NCBI GenBank assembly: GCA_900319345.1
Contig: ONNZ01000002.1
Span: forward strand, 21,111-85,110
DNA: 64,000 nucleotides
Direction of reading: 5' to 3'
Origin: an uncultured Eubacteriales bacterium
GTDB taxonomy: Bacteria; Bacillota; Clostridia; Christensenellales; CAG-138
Each line of letters opens with the position of its first letter. The first letter of the stretch is position 1. The notes beneath the pieces are model-generated. The model was given only the letters and a program-made list of their open reading frames with translations. It ran no database searches and was not told the origin of the DNA. The position numbers and the translations under genes are program-made. Positions 8,838 to 18,503 of the stretch are shown here, in pieces.

Positions 8838-9871
8838 CAGTCTTCCTCCAATAAGTTCGTTAAGATACTGCCTAAGCTCTTACTCATGTAGTCCAGCACG
8901 GAGACCACCTTGCCGTAGGGCATCCGGGTGGGCCCGATGACGCCCATGGTCCCCACCGGTATGGAGCCGATGCGATAGGTGGCGGTGACCAAACTGCAGT
9001 CGCTGAAGATGTCCTGGCCGAGCTCGCTCCCGATACGGGAGCTGATCTCGAAGGGACCCGCGTTCTTCAGCATCTGGTACATGGAATCCTTCTTCTCCAC
9101 CGCCGCCAGCAGCTGCCGGGCCCGGTCGATGTCGGAATAGGCGGGGAAATCCAGCATGTTGTTGGCGCCGGAGAGGGCGATCCGATGGGCGTTGGCCCCC
9201 GGCGCGGTCTCCATGGTGTCCACCAGGTCCGTCAGGAAGGTGCCCCGATCCTGCAGCTCGCCGCCCAGCTCCTTCATCATCCTGTCCCCCACCTCAATCA
9301 TGCGGCAGTTGTAGTACCGCTGGGAGATCAGACGGGACAGGCGATCCAGCTCGTCAGCCCCCATCTCGGCAGGGACCCGGATGACGGAGTCCCGGGCGAC
9401 GCCTGCGTCCGTGACCACCACCACCAGGGCGTAGCCCTCGGCGAGGGGCACCAGCTGCAGATGCCGCAGCCGGTTGGTGGTGCTTTCGGGCATCATGACC
9501 AGGGCGGTGTAGTGGGTGATCCGGGAGAGGACGTTGGCGGTCTCCCGCATGACGGCGTCGAGGCCCTTCACCCTACTCTGACAGTAGGCTGACATAACCT
9601 TGATCTCGTCCTCGGTCAGGTTGGACCGCTGCATCATGTTGTTGACGTAGAGACGATACGCCTTGTCGGAGGGCACGCGACCGGCAGAGGTGTGCGGCTG
9701 CTCCAGATACCCCAGGTCCTCCAGATCCGCCATCTCGTTGCGGATAGTGGCTGAGGAGAGCTTAAAGGAGGGGTTCTGGCTCAGGACCTTGCTGCCTACG
9801 GGGGCGCCGGAGAGGATGTACTCGTCCACGATAGCCCGCAGGATCCGCAGCTTCCTTGGATTCAGGTCCAT
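8837..9871 (-). CDS. hrcA: Heat-inducible transcription repressor HrcA
   Basis: I trimmed the start to the ATG at 9871 (MDLNPRKLRILRAIVDEYILSGAPVGSK). A CIRCE operator lies directly upstream. Confidence 0.93.
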   Translation of the reverse strand: MDLNPRKLRILRAIVDEYILSGAPVGSKVLSQNPSFKLSSATIRNEMADLEDLGYLEQPHTSAGRVPSDKAYRLYVNNMMQRSNLTEDEIKVMSAYCQSRVKGLDAVMRETANVLSRITHYTALVMMPESTTNRLRHLQLVPLAEGYALVVVVTDAGVARDSVIRVPAEMGADELDRLSRLISQRYYNCRMIEVGDRMMKELGGELQDRGTFLTDLVDTMETAPGANAHRIALSGANNMLDFPAYSDIDRARQLLAAVEKKDSMYQMLKNAGPFEISSRIGSELGQDIFSDCSLVTATYRIGSIPVGTMGVIGPTRMPYGKVVSVLDYMSKSLGSILTNLLEED

Positions 9872-9888
9872 ACCGTTTCCTCCTTTCT

Positions 9889-9915
9889 TTAGCACTCCAT
9901 TCCCATGAGTGCTAA
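9889..9915. promoter_or_regulatory. CIRCE operator (HrcA binding site)
   Basis: Perfect TTAGCACTC-N9-GAGTGCTAA inverted repeat (ttagcactc cattcccat gagtgctaa). Confidence 0.95.
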
Positions 9916-9926
9916 TCACTGTACAG

Positions 9927-9955
9927 AATGTACCACCATTATTACCCAATGTCAA
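9927..9955 (-). promoter_or_regulatory. SigA-type promoter of the hrcA-grpE-dnaK-dnaJ operon
   Basis: Minus strand: TTGACA (9955..9950), 17 nt, TACATT (9932..9927), with CIRCE immediately downstream. Confidence 0.65.
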
Positions 9956-10001
9956 GCAAATGACCGGCTCACAATGTGAAATGAAGGTGAATTCAGAAGC
10001 A

Positions 10002-10026
10002 CAAAAAATCGCCCCGAGGGGCGATA
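10002..10026 (-). terminator. Rho-independent terminator after hemW
   Basis: Minus strand: ATCGCCCC-tc-GGGGCGAT followed by TTTTTTG. Confidence 0.75.
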
Positions 10027-10086
10027 TGGTTTCCTACGTTTTATGCTCTGTCCCCGTCATGAGCGAAAGACTTACATCCAAAAGAT

Positions 10087-11222
10087 TTACCGAAAATAGC
10101 ACAGGGCGGTGTTGAGATGGTCCATGCCCTGCTCGGTGAGGGCGTAGCGGGCCGGGTCGTCCGCCCACCAGCCGCTTGCCTGGACGTTGAGCCAGGCGTC
10201 CGGGAAAGCTTTTTCGAGGGGCAGGCCGAAGCGGTCCAGGAAGGCTTGCCGGGGGATGCCGCGGACCTTCCGAAGGCCCAGCATGACCACCTCGAACATC
10301 TCCTCCCTGGGGTCGATGTGCAGCGTCTCGGCGGTGGGGAGCCTGCCCCGTTTGAGCTTGCGCAGGTATTCGGAGATACTCTCCGTATTGGACCATCTAA
10401 GCCACTCCCCCTCCCCCGGGGCGGAGGAATGGGCCGCCACGCCGAAGCCCAGGTAGGGGGCGTCGTCCCAGTAAATAAGGTTGTGTTTGCAAGCAAAGCC
10501 GGGCTTGGCGAAGTTCGAAACCTCGTAGCGCTCATAGCCCCGCTGTTTGAGAAAGGCCATGCCCGCGTCCTCCATGTCCGCCACCGCGTCCTCGTCGGGC
10601 AGGACCGTCTCCCCCGCCTTCACCTGTTTATATAGGGGCGTGCCATCCTCCAGGATCAGGGCGTAGGCGGAGATATGCTGGGGCCCCAGGTCGCAGACCT
10701 TTTGGAGGGTGTCCAGATAATCTGCTTGCGTCTGGCCGGGCAGGCCGTGCATCAAATCCACGTTGATATTCTGGAAGCCCGCATCCTGGGCGGCGCGGTA
10801 GGCCGTCAAAAACTGGTCGTAGGTGTGGATGCGGCCCACTGTTTTCAATAGAACGTTGTCGGCGGACTGGAGCCCCAGGGACAGCCGGTTCACGCCCGCG
10901 GCGCGGAGCTTCACGAAGTCCGCGTAGGACGCCGTGCCGGGGTTGCACTCCACGGTGATCTCCCCGTCGGAGCGGACCTCGTAGGTGTTGCGTATCGTAT
11001 TCAAGATGCGGACCAGATCGTCCGCCGGCAGGACCGTGGGGGTGCCGCCCCCAAAGAAAATGGAAGGGACCGGCCCCGCATAGGGCAGCCGATCCCGGCT
11101 TAGCTCGATCTCCCGGCACAGGGCGTCGGGATACTCCGCCGCGGTCATATCGCGGGGCACGGACCAGAAATCGCAGTAGGCGCACTTCCGCACGCAATAG
11201 GGGATGTGGACGTAGACGCCGG

Positions 11223-11226
<4 letters not shown>
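10087..11226 (-). CDS. hemW: Radical SAM heme chaperone HemW (HemN-like, oxygen-independent coproporphyrinogen oxidase family)
   Basis: I trimmed the start to the ATG at 11226 ([21 protein letters not shown] = CxxxCxxC). It overlaps the lepA stop as ATGA. The 555-aa track ORF is an artefactual upstream extension. Confidence 0.9.
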
Positions 11227-13022
<1,796 letters not shown>

Positions 13023-13051
13023 GACGGTTTTCTCCCTAAAAGCTAAAAGGT

Positions 13052-13080
13052 ATCATACCCTAAAACCGAAAAAAAAGCAA
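13052..13080 (-). promoter_or_regulatory. Candidate SigA promoter for lepA
   Basis: Minus strand: TTGCTT (13080..13075), 17 nt, TATGAT (13057..13052). Confidence 0.4.
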
Positions 13081-13112
13081 GCAAAAGGGGCGTTCCCCTT
13101 GGGAACGCCCCT
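13079..13112 (-). terminator. Rho-independent terminator after the 13122..14078 gene
   Basis: Minus strand: GGGGCGTTCCC-aa-GGGGAACGCCCC followed by TTTTGCTTGCTTTTTTTT. Confidence 0.8.
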
Positions 13113-13121
13113 CTGATCGGT

Positions 13122-14078
13122 TTAGTCTTCGTAATCCTCTTCGTCCTCGTCCTCGTCGACCTCGACGATCTCGAAGAGCTTGTGACGCTTTTTCTTGGGC
13201 TTGGGCGCTTCCCTCACGTCTTCATCGTCCTCGCTCCAGTTGTCGTCATCCTCGTATTCGTCCTCGTCGTCGCCCTCCAGCATGCGCTTGAACCAGCCCT
13301 TCTTCCGGGGCTTCTTGGGCTCCTCGTCCTCCTCGTCGTCAAAATCGGGCTTGGCGGCGGGCTTGGGGGCTTTCTTGGGCTCCTTGCGGGCGGGGCGGAC
13401 GGGCTCCTCCTCTTCCTCCTCGTCCTCGGGCTCAATCACGGGACGAGCGGGGGCGCTGGGCGCGGCCGTGACCTCGTGCCGCTCCTCCATGGCCCTCTGC
13501 TCGGAGACGGACTTCTCCACGTCCTTCTCCTCATACTCGGGGGCGGCCTGACCGTTCAGCTCCTCCCGGTTGGCGTTGAGCATCTTGATGTAGTCGTTGA
13601 GATACCGCTGCACGTCGGCCAGCATATCGTCCGCATACTGGCGGGAGCCGTTGGTGATGGCGTTGGCGTTGTCGATGGCCTCCTGTTGGATCTGCTTGGC
13701 CCGCTCCGCCGCCTCACGGTACACGGATTCCTCCGAGACCAGGGCCTCGTACTCCTGGACGGACTGATTGTAGACCTTCTCCGCCGCCTCCTGGGCCTGC
13801 TGCATGAGATCCTCGGCGTCGGCCTTGGCCTTGTTGACGATCTCGTCCGCCTGCTCGTTGGCGTCGCCCAGGATGTTGCTCTCCTCGGCGATGATGCCGC
13901 TGGCCCGGCGGATGTCCTCCGGGATCGTGACCTTGAGATCGCCCAGCAGGTCGAAGAGCTCCCCGACCTCCACGATCTTCCTGTTCCCGCCGCTCAGCTT
14001 ATACTTGGGGCTGTCGTTCAGCACCTGCTCGATACGGGAAATGATGCTGTAAATCTTCATCGTCTGTGCGCTGCTCAT
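13122..14078 (-). CDS. Conserved coiled-coil protein with a long, highly charged, low-complexity C-terminal tail; function unknown
   Basis: 318 aa. The N-terminal roughly 170 aa are predicted helical (…ANEQADEIVNKAKADAEDLMQQAQEAAEKVYNQ…). The C-terminal half is rich in E, D, K and P (…DEEEEEEPVRPARKEPKKAPKPAAKPDFDDEEDEE…VDEDEDEEDYED). It overlaps the coaD stop as ATGA. Confidence 0.7.
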   Translation of the reverse strand: MSSAQTMKIYSIISRIEQVLNDSPKYKLSGGNRKIVEVGELFDLLGDLKVTIPEDIRRASGIIAEESNILGDANEQADEIVNKAKADAEDLMQQAQEAAEKVYNQSVQEYEALVSEESVYREAAERAKQIQQEAIDNANAITNGSRQYADDMLADVQRYLNDYIKMLNANREELNGQAAPEYEEKDVEKSVSEQRAMEERHEVTAAPSAPARPVIEPEDEEEEEEPVRPARKEPKKAPKPAAKPDFDDEEDEEPKKPRKKGWFKRMLEGDDEDEYEDDDNWSEDDEDVREAPKPKKKRHKLFEIVEVDEDEDEEDYED

Positions 14079-14563
14079 TTTCTTGCCAACCTTTCGCGAA
14101 TAATATCTTCATTTATTGCGGGGACCAGCCCCTTGATGCTGCCGCCCCAGAGGCCGATCTCCTTCACGTTGCTGGAGCTCAGGAAGGAGTGGCCAGGGGA
14201 GGCCATAAAATACACGGTCCGAAGGGAGTTGTCCAGATGGCGGTTCACCGCGTCGATCTGGAACTCGTACTCGAAGTCCGACGTGGCCCTTAGGCCTCTC
14301 ACGATGTGGGTGGCCCCCACGGACCTGGCGTATTCCACCAGAAGCCCGTCGAAGGTGCCGCATCGGACGTTTTGGAGCTTCTCGGTGGCCAGCACGTTCT
14401 GGATCATCTCCATGCGCTCCTTGACCGTGAACGTGGGCCGCTTGTCCACGTTGTGAAGCACGGCCACGTACACCAGGTCGAACAGCCCGGCCGCGCTGGT
14501 GAGCACGTCCAGATGCCCCACCGTGAACGGATCGAAACTCCCCGGATAGACGCCGACGGTCAT
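14075..14563 (-). CDS. coaD: Phosphopantetheine adenylyltransferase
   Basis: I trimmed the start to the ATG at 14563 (MTVGVYPGSFDPFTVGHLDV); 162 aa. Confidence 0.93.
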   Translation of the reverse strand: MTVGVYPGSFDPFTVGHLDVLTSAAGLFDLVYVAVLHNVDKRPTFTVKERMEMIQNVLATEKLQNVRCGTFDGLLVEYARSVGATHIVRGLRATSDFEYEFQIDAVNRHLDNSLRTVYFMASPGHSFLSSSNVKEIGLWGGSIKGLVPAINEDIIRERLARK

Positions 14564-15120
14564 TCCCGTTCCCTCCAAATCAAAGTCATTACGCCGCAGG
14601 CTCCGTACCGCTTCACCCGCGACACCTGCCAGGGGCCCTCGCCCAATTCCGGGGGCTGGTCGCTGGCGTGTTCCACGATCACGGTCCCGCCGGGGCTGAG
14701 GATGCCCTCCTGGAAAATCCGCCGGACGGCGTCCGTCGCGTAGTCGGAGGCGTAGGGCGGGTCCAGGAACACGATGTCGATCCGCTTCCCCTGGGCCACC
14801 AGGGACGAGAGGATAGCGCCGTAATCGGCGTTCAGCACCTGCAGGCCCTCGGTGAGCCCCAGCTTCTCGCCGTTTCGACGGATCAGGGCGGCGCATACGG
14901 GGGAAGCGTCCACGCAGATGGCCTCCGCCGCCCCTCGGGACAGGGCCTCCAGGCCCATATTCCCGGATCCGGAGAAAAGGTCCAGGATCGTCGCGCCGGG
15001 CACCTGAAACTGGATGCTGCCGAAGATGGCTTCCTTCACCCGATCCAGCGTGGGCCGGGTGTCTCTGCCCTGGGGGGCGTCGAAGCTCCTTCCCCTGGCA
15101 GAACCGGCTATGATCCGCAA
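14560..15120 (-). CDS. rsmD: 16S rRNA (guanine966-N2)-methyltransferase RsmD
   Basis: (M)RIIAGSARGR..., PTLDRVKEAIF, FLDPPYA. I chose the TTG at 15120 because it has GGAGG 7 nt upstream. The track start at 15165 is a GTG. Confidence 0.85.
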   Translation of the reverse strand: MRIIAGSARGRSFDAPQGRDTRPTLDRVKEAIFGSIQFQVPGATILDLFSGSGNMGLEALSRGAAEAICVDASPVCAALIRRNGEKLGLTEGLQVLNADYGAILSSLVAQGKRIDIVFLDPPYASDYATDAVRRIFQEGILSPGGTVIVEHASDQPPELGEGPWQVSRVKRYGACGVMTLIWRERE

Positions 15121-15186
15121 GTCAACCCCTCCGATATCTTGATTTCGGGTGCGCCCGAAAACCACAACATATTGTGGATCAGAAGT

Positions 15187-15215
15187 ATTCTAACACCATT
15201 CCCTGCTGTTGGCAA
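15187..15215 (-). promoter_or_regulatory. SigA-type promoter for rsmD-coaD
   Basis: Minus strand: TTGCCA (15215..15210), 17 nt, TAGAAT (15192..15187), with a TGt extended -10. It lies in an AT-rich spacer. Confidence 0.55.
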
Positions 15216-15342
15216 GTATTTTTAAATAAATTGTTAACAGTTTTTGTAAAAAATATTAATAAGCCCAGCCGATTCACAGATATTTCCTCCCTGCCGGGGG
15301 GACCGGGCCGTCCGGATAGCTCCCGCCGCCTCCGCGTCATAC

Positions 15343-15366
15343 GAAAAAAGCCCTCTTGCGAGGGCT
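15343..15366 (-). terminator. Rho-independent terminator after the transglutaminase-like gene
   Basis: Minus strand: AGCCCTC-gcaa-GAGGGCT followed by TTTTTTCG. Confidence 0.8.
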
Positions 15367-15379
15367 AAACAAGGGGCGA

Positions 15380-17455
15380 TCATGGCAGGAGGCCGGCCTT
15401 CTCTGCCGCCACCACCGCATCGTAATCGAAGGGTTCCGTGGCCAGGGGCGGGTAGTTCTTCGTATCGAAATGCCAGTACAGCTTGCAGGAATCGCACTGC
15501 TTTTCCGTCCACATGAAGCAGTCGAACTTATGGTACCGGGTCCAGGTGGGGTCGAACACGTACCAGCCGGTGCCCAGATTCACGTTGATCCAGTAGTGCC
15601 TGGTCTTTCGCTTCTCGGTCTTCACCCTCTCCACGGAAACGTACTCGATATCTGTCTGATCCACCAGGGCCTTGGTGGCCGCCCAGATGTTGTAGCAATC
15701 CCCTCTCCCATTCTGCAGGCCTTCGTATGCCGCCCTTCGCCAGTCGGTGTAGTTATGGTTCGTGCCGTTGCCGTACCGGATGGTGTTGCGGACGTACCAG
15801 AATATGGCTTTCAGCTTTTCCGCCTTCACCATATCCGGGGTCGTGATCTCGCCCATGATCCGGGCGGCCAGGTCGCGCAGCATCTCGTCCGTTATGGTGG
15901 GCTGGATCACGGTGAACCGGCAGGAGGCCGACGTCTGGTTCCCGTTCAGGTCGGCGGCGCTGTACGTCACCTCGTACGTGCCTTCCCGATGGATGTCCAC
16001 CTTCGTATCGACCTCGATCTGGACGGCTCCGTCCACATCGTCCACAGCATACACTTCGGCAAGATACGCGACGCTCTCGCCAAGATACACGTTCCTGTTC
16101 CTCACGCCGTAGAGGACCGGGGGAAGCTGGTCGCCTGTGAGCAGGATGGTCTCCGTTTTCTCCGTCACGTTCCCGTTGGCGTCCTCGGCGCGAACAGCGA
16201 CCTGCTGCTCCCCCGCCTTCGTCCAGTCCGGCTCCGTGACGTATCCGATCGTAACGTCGAACACGTCCTCCGTCTCGAACAGCTCCTCCGGCTGCAGCGG
16301 GTGGTTCGTATAGATGGTGCCCACGTCCCGCATCTTTACGCTGGGCGGGGTCGTGTCCGTGATCGTCACGAGGGAGGCTTCCTCCTGTCCGTCGATCCAG
16401 ACCTTCACCAGGTACGTCCCCAGGGTGGAGGATTCGAACGCTTCCACCTGCACGTCCCCCTCCAGCCCAAAGTCCGCCGCCGTCAGCTGTCCGCGTCTTG
16501 CTTCCATGGCTATCGGCTGAATGGTGGACGCGGTGAGCGTGGACCGCACGTCTGTGCTGTTGCCGCCCTCGTCCGTCATCCGCACGACCACCTCCTGGAC
16601 CTCATGGAGGCCGAGGTCAGGCGCCGTCACGTAGGTGAACGTGATATCGGTCTCGTCATGGACGTCCGTCACGAAGGATTCGGGAAGGATCTCCTGCCCC
16701 GGCCCGGTCACCAGGCTTGTGCCCTGCCCGGTCGGCGCAACGGAATCCACCACCGTCAGATGGGCCACGTCCTCCTGACGGCTCCCTCCAAAGCGGAAGC
16801 CGTAGACCACGTCGTACCGGCCCACGTGGTGCATCATGTCACCGGAATAATCGGAAAGGAGCTCCGCGCCCGTTTCAGCAGGGTCGCAGATCAGGTATCC
16901 CGCCGCTTCCGGCAGCTCGGTCCCCGCCTCCGCGACCAGCCCGTCGATCACGCCCCTGACGCAGTAGGCGCAGGGGACCGAGATCCTGTTTTGGGACAGG
17001 TCCTCCACGATCACGTCGACGGTATGGGGACCTATGGTGACGAAATCCGGCTCCTGTTCGTAGTACAGGCGGACGATGTCGTTGTCCGAAAGGGCCGTGA
17101 CCAGCTGATCCGGGGTCAACGCGTTCCCCAAGGGGACGATCGGGGCAGGAACGGGTTCGGCGCTGGGGGCCGTGGTGTCCTGGACCCGAAGCAGTACCGG
17201 TATGTAGGGATAGAGCTTCGTTCTGAGCATCAACACATGGAGCCCTTTCTCCCTGTGCCCTTCGTCCTGCTCGTCCAGGAGCTCCGCTTCCCGCTGGGTG
17301 AACAGCTGCGGGGAGATGGGGCCGCTGTTGTATTCCATTATAGTATAGGGCTTGACGTGATGATAGGCGCCGAATACGAGAAGGGCGATGATGGCTATGA
17401 CGATGCCAACGACTGCGTGTCGCCTGACACGGATCGGATCGGTGCTGCCAGCCAT
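15380..17455 (-). CDS. Membrane-anchored protein with several Ig-like repeat modules and a C-terminal transglutaminase-like cysteine-protease core
   Basis: 691 aa. There is an N-terminal TM helix (VVGIVIAIIALLVFGAY). Modules of the G.Y.V.Y.A.D..GN type recur (e.g. REGTYEVTYSAADLNGNQTSASCRFTV, GEQQVAVRAEDANGNVTEKTE). The C-terminus carries GRGDCYNIWAATKALV ... RHYWINVNLGTGWYVFDPTW, the Cys/His/Asp transglutaminase core pattern. A good RBS gaaggag precedes the ATG. Confidence 0.75.
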   Translation of the reverse strand: MAGSTDPIRVRRHAVVGIVIAIIALLVFGAYHHVKPYTIMEYNSGPISPQLFTQREAELLDEQDEGHREKGLHVLMLRTKLYPYIPVLLRVQDTTAPSAEPVPAPIVPLGNALTPDQLVTALSDNDIVRLYYEQEPDFVTIGPHTVDVIVEDLSQNRISVPCAYCVRGVIDGLVAEAGTELPEAAGYLICDPAETGAELLSDYSGDMMHHVGRYDVVYGFRFGGSRQEDVAHLTVVDSVAPTGQGTSLVTGPGQEILPESFVTDVHDETDITFTYVTAPDLGLHEVQEVVVRMTDEGGNSTDVRSTLTASTIQPIAMEARRGQLTAADFGLEGDVQVEAFESSTLGTYLVKVWIDGQEEASLVTITDTTPPSVKMRDVGTIYTNHPLQPEELFETEDVFDVTIGYVTEPDWTKAGEQQVAVRAEDANGNVTEKTETILLTGDQLPPVLYGVRNRNVYLGESVAYLAEVYAVDDVDGAVQIEVDTKVDIHREGTYEVTYSAADLNGNQTSASCRFTVIQPTITDEMLRDLAARIMGEITTPDMVKAEKLKAIFWYVRNTIRYGNGTNHNYTDWRRAAYEGLQNGRGDCYNIWAATKALVDQTDIEYVSVERVKTEKRKTRHYWINVNLGTGWYVFDPTWTRYHKFDCFMWTEKQCDSCKLYWHFDTKNYPPLATEPFDYDAVVAAEKAGLLP

Positions 17456-17539
17456 AGAATTCTCCTTCGTCTCTTCCCGTCGTGCTCTCGGGCGGGTCCC
17501 TGGTAAAACCTGGGATCGCTCCGTCGCAAAAGCAGTGGT

Positions 17540-17568
17540 AGCATATCACAAAGCCGACGGCAACGCAA
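17540..17568 (-). promoter_or_regulatory. Candidate SigA promoter for the transglutaminase-like gene
   Basis: Minus strand: TTGCGT (17568..17563), 17 nt, TATGCT (17545..17540). Confidence 0.3.
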
Positions 17569-17617
17569 GTGCAGGATCGCCCATGAAGCTTTGCTGTGGC
17601 CAACGGCTGCGGTGAGA

Positions 17618-17634
17618 GGGTACCCTCAGGGACT
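17618..17634 (-). repeat. Fragment of the tRNA-Lys(CTT) 3' end (copy B)
   Basis: gggtaccctcagggact against the resident tggtaccccctcagggact at 17807..17825. It has two fewer C and the same orientation. Confidence 0.6.
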
Positions 17635-17654
17635 AGCGTACTTGCGTGGTCGGG

Positions 17655-17674
17655 GGTACCCCCCTCAGGGACTC
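17655..17674 (-). repeat. Fragment of the tRNA-Lys(CTT) 3' end (copy A)
   Basis: ggtacccccctcagggactc against the resident ggtaccccctcagggactc. It has one extra C and the same orientation. Confidence 0.65.
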
Positions 17675-17698
17675 TTCTCGGCCTCGACGGCCTCGGGT

Positions 17699-17744
17699 AG
17701 GGCGCGCTCTGGATGTCCACTGGACATCCATTCACTACGCGCCC
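17699..17744. repeat. Nested palindrome
   Basis: GGGCGCG-ctct-GGATGTCCA-c-TGGACATCC-attcacta-CGCGCCC. The inner arms are 9 bp and the outer arms 7 bp. Confidence 0.7.
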
Positions 17745-17755
17745 TTCGAGTCCCT
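17745..17755 (+). repeat. Inverted 11-nt copy of the tRNA-Lys(CTT) T-loop segment
   Basis: ttcgagtccct on the plus strand equals the RNA-sense T-loop/T-stem sequence of the minus-strand tRNA-Lys(CTT). Confidence 0.4.
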
Positions 17756-17770
17756 ATCGTAATAACTATA

Positions 17771-17806
17771 AAGGAAAAGAGATGCCGGATGGCATCTCTT
17801 TTCCTT
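17771..17806 (-). terminator. Terminator of the tRNA array
   Basis: Perfect 16-bp stem aaggaaaagagatgcc / ggcatctcttttcctt with a 4-nt loop. It directly abuts the CCA end of tRNA-Lys(CTT) and is followed on the minus strand by uauaguuauu. Confidence 0.75.
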
Positions 17807-17883
17807 TGGTACCCCCTCAGGGACTCGAACCCTGGACACCCTGATTAAGAGTCAGGTGCTCTAGCCAACTGAGCTAAGGAGGC
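17807..17883 (-). tRNA. tRNA-Lys (anticodon CTT), CCA encoded
   Basis: Hand-folded cloverleaf with anticodon loop cuCUUaa and T-loop GGTTCGAGTCC. The acceptor stem has G1-U72 and U4-G69 wobble pairs. Confidence 0.85.
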
Positions 17884-17889
17884 ATATAC

Positions 17890-17965
17890 TGGAGCGGGAA
17901 ACGGGGCTCGAACCCGCCACCTCAGCCTTGGCAAGGCTGCGCTCTACCAAATGAGCTATTCCCGC
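17890..17965 (-). tRNA. tRNA-Gly (anticodon GCC), CCA encoded
   Basis: gcgggaatagctcatttggtagagcgcagccttGCCaaggctgaggtggcgggttcgagccccgtttcccgctcca. Confidence 0.9.
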
Positions 17966-17978
17966 GGGCGCATGCGTT

Positions 17979-18006
17979 ATTATAACAAAATTCTGCCGGT
18001 TGTCAA
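17979..18006 (-). promoter_or_regulatory. Consensus SigA promoter inside the tRNA array, driving tRNA-Gly(GCC) and tRNA-Lys(CTT)
   Basis: Minus strand: TTGACA (18006..18001), 16 nt, TATAAT (17984..17979), with a TGt extended -10. Confidence 0.7.
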
Positions 18007-18075
18007 TGGGTTCGAAAAAATATTTTTCAGGACCCAGGGACTAAGGTCGCTTCTGCAGGCGGGACCGGCAAAAAC

Positions 18076-18149
18076 TGGAGCAGGTAACGGGACTCGAACC
18101 CGTGATCTCAGCTTGGAAGGCTAATGTGTTACCGCTACACTATACCTGC
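18076..18149 (-). tRNA. tRNA-Gly (anticodon TCC), CCA encoded
   Basis: gcaggtatagtgtagcggtaacacattagccttTCCaagctgagatcacgggttcgagtcccgttacctgctcca. Confidence 0.9.
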
Positions 18150-18150
18150 C

Positions 18151-18235
<85 letters not shown>

Positions 18236-18247
18236 GCTGCAAAAAGC

Positions 18248-18323
18248 TGGTGACCCGTCGGAGATTCGAACTCCGGACCCTTTGATTAAAAGTCAAATGC
18301 TCTGCCAGCTGAGCTAACGGGTC
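18248..18323 (-). tRNA. tRNA-Lys (anticodon TTT), CCA encoded
   Basis: gacccgttagctcagctggcagagcatttgacttTTTaatcaaagggtccggagttcgaatctccgacgggtcacca, with a perfect acceptor stem. Confidence 0.92.
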
Positions 18324-18327
18324 AGGT

Positions 18328-18403
18328 TGGCTGGGGTGGCGGGATTTGAACCTGCGCATACAAGAGTCAAAGTCTTGTGCCTTAACCGCTTGGCGACACC
18401 CCA
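18328..18403 (-). tRNA. tRNA-Gln (anticodon TTG), CCA encoded
   Basis: tggggtgtcgccaagcggttaaggcacaagactTTGactcttgt... The U1-A72 start is typical of bacterial tRNA-Gln. Confidence 0.85.
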
Positions 18404-18424
18404 CCGTTGTCCATCCGAAAAAAA

Positions 18425-18503
18425 TGGGGTGGGCGACGGGATTCGAACCCACGACCTTCAGAGCCACAATCTGACATTCTAACCAGGCTGAACTACGCCC
18501 ACC
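18425..18503 (-). tRNA. tRNA-His (anticodon GTG) with encoded G-1, CCA encoded
   Basis: g-gtgggcgtagttcagcctggttagaatgtcagattGTGgctctgaaggtcgtgggttcgaatcccgtcgcccac-c-cca. The extra 5' G lies opposite the discriminator C. Confidence 0.88.
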
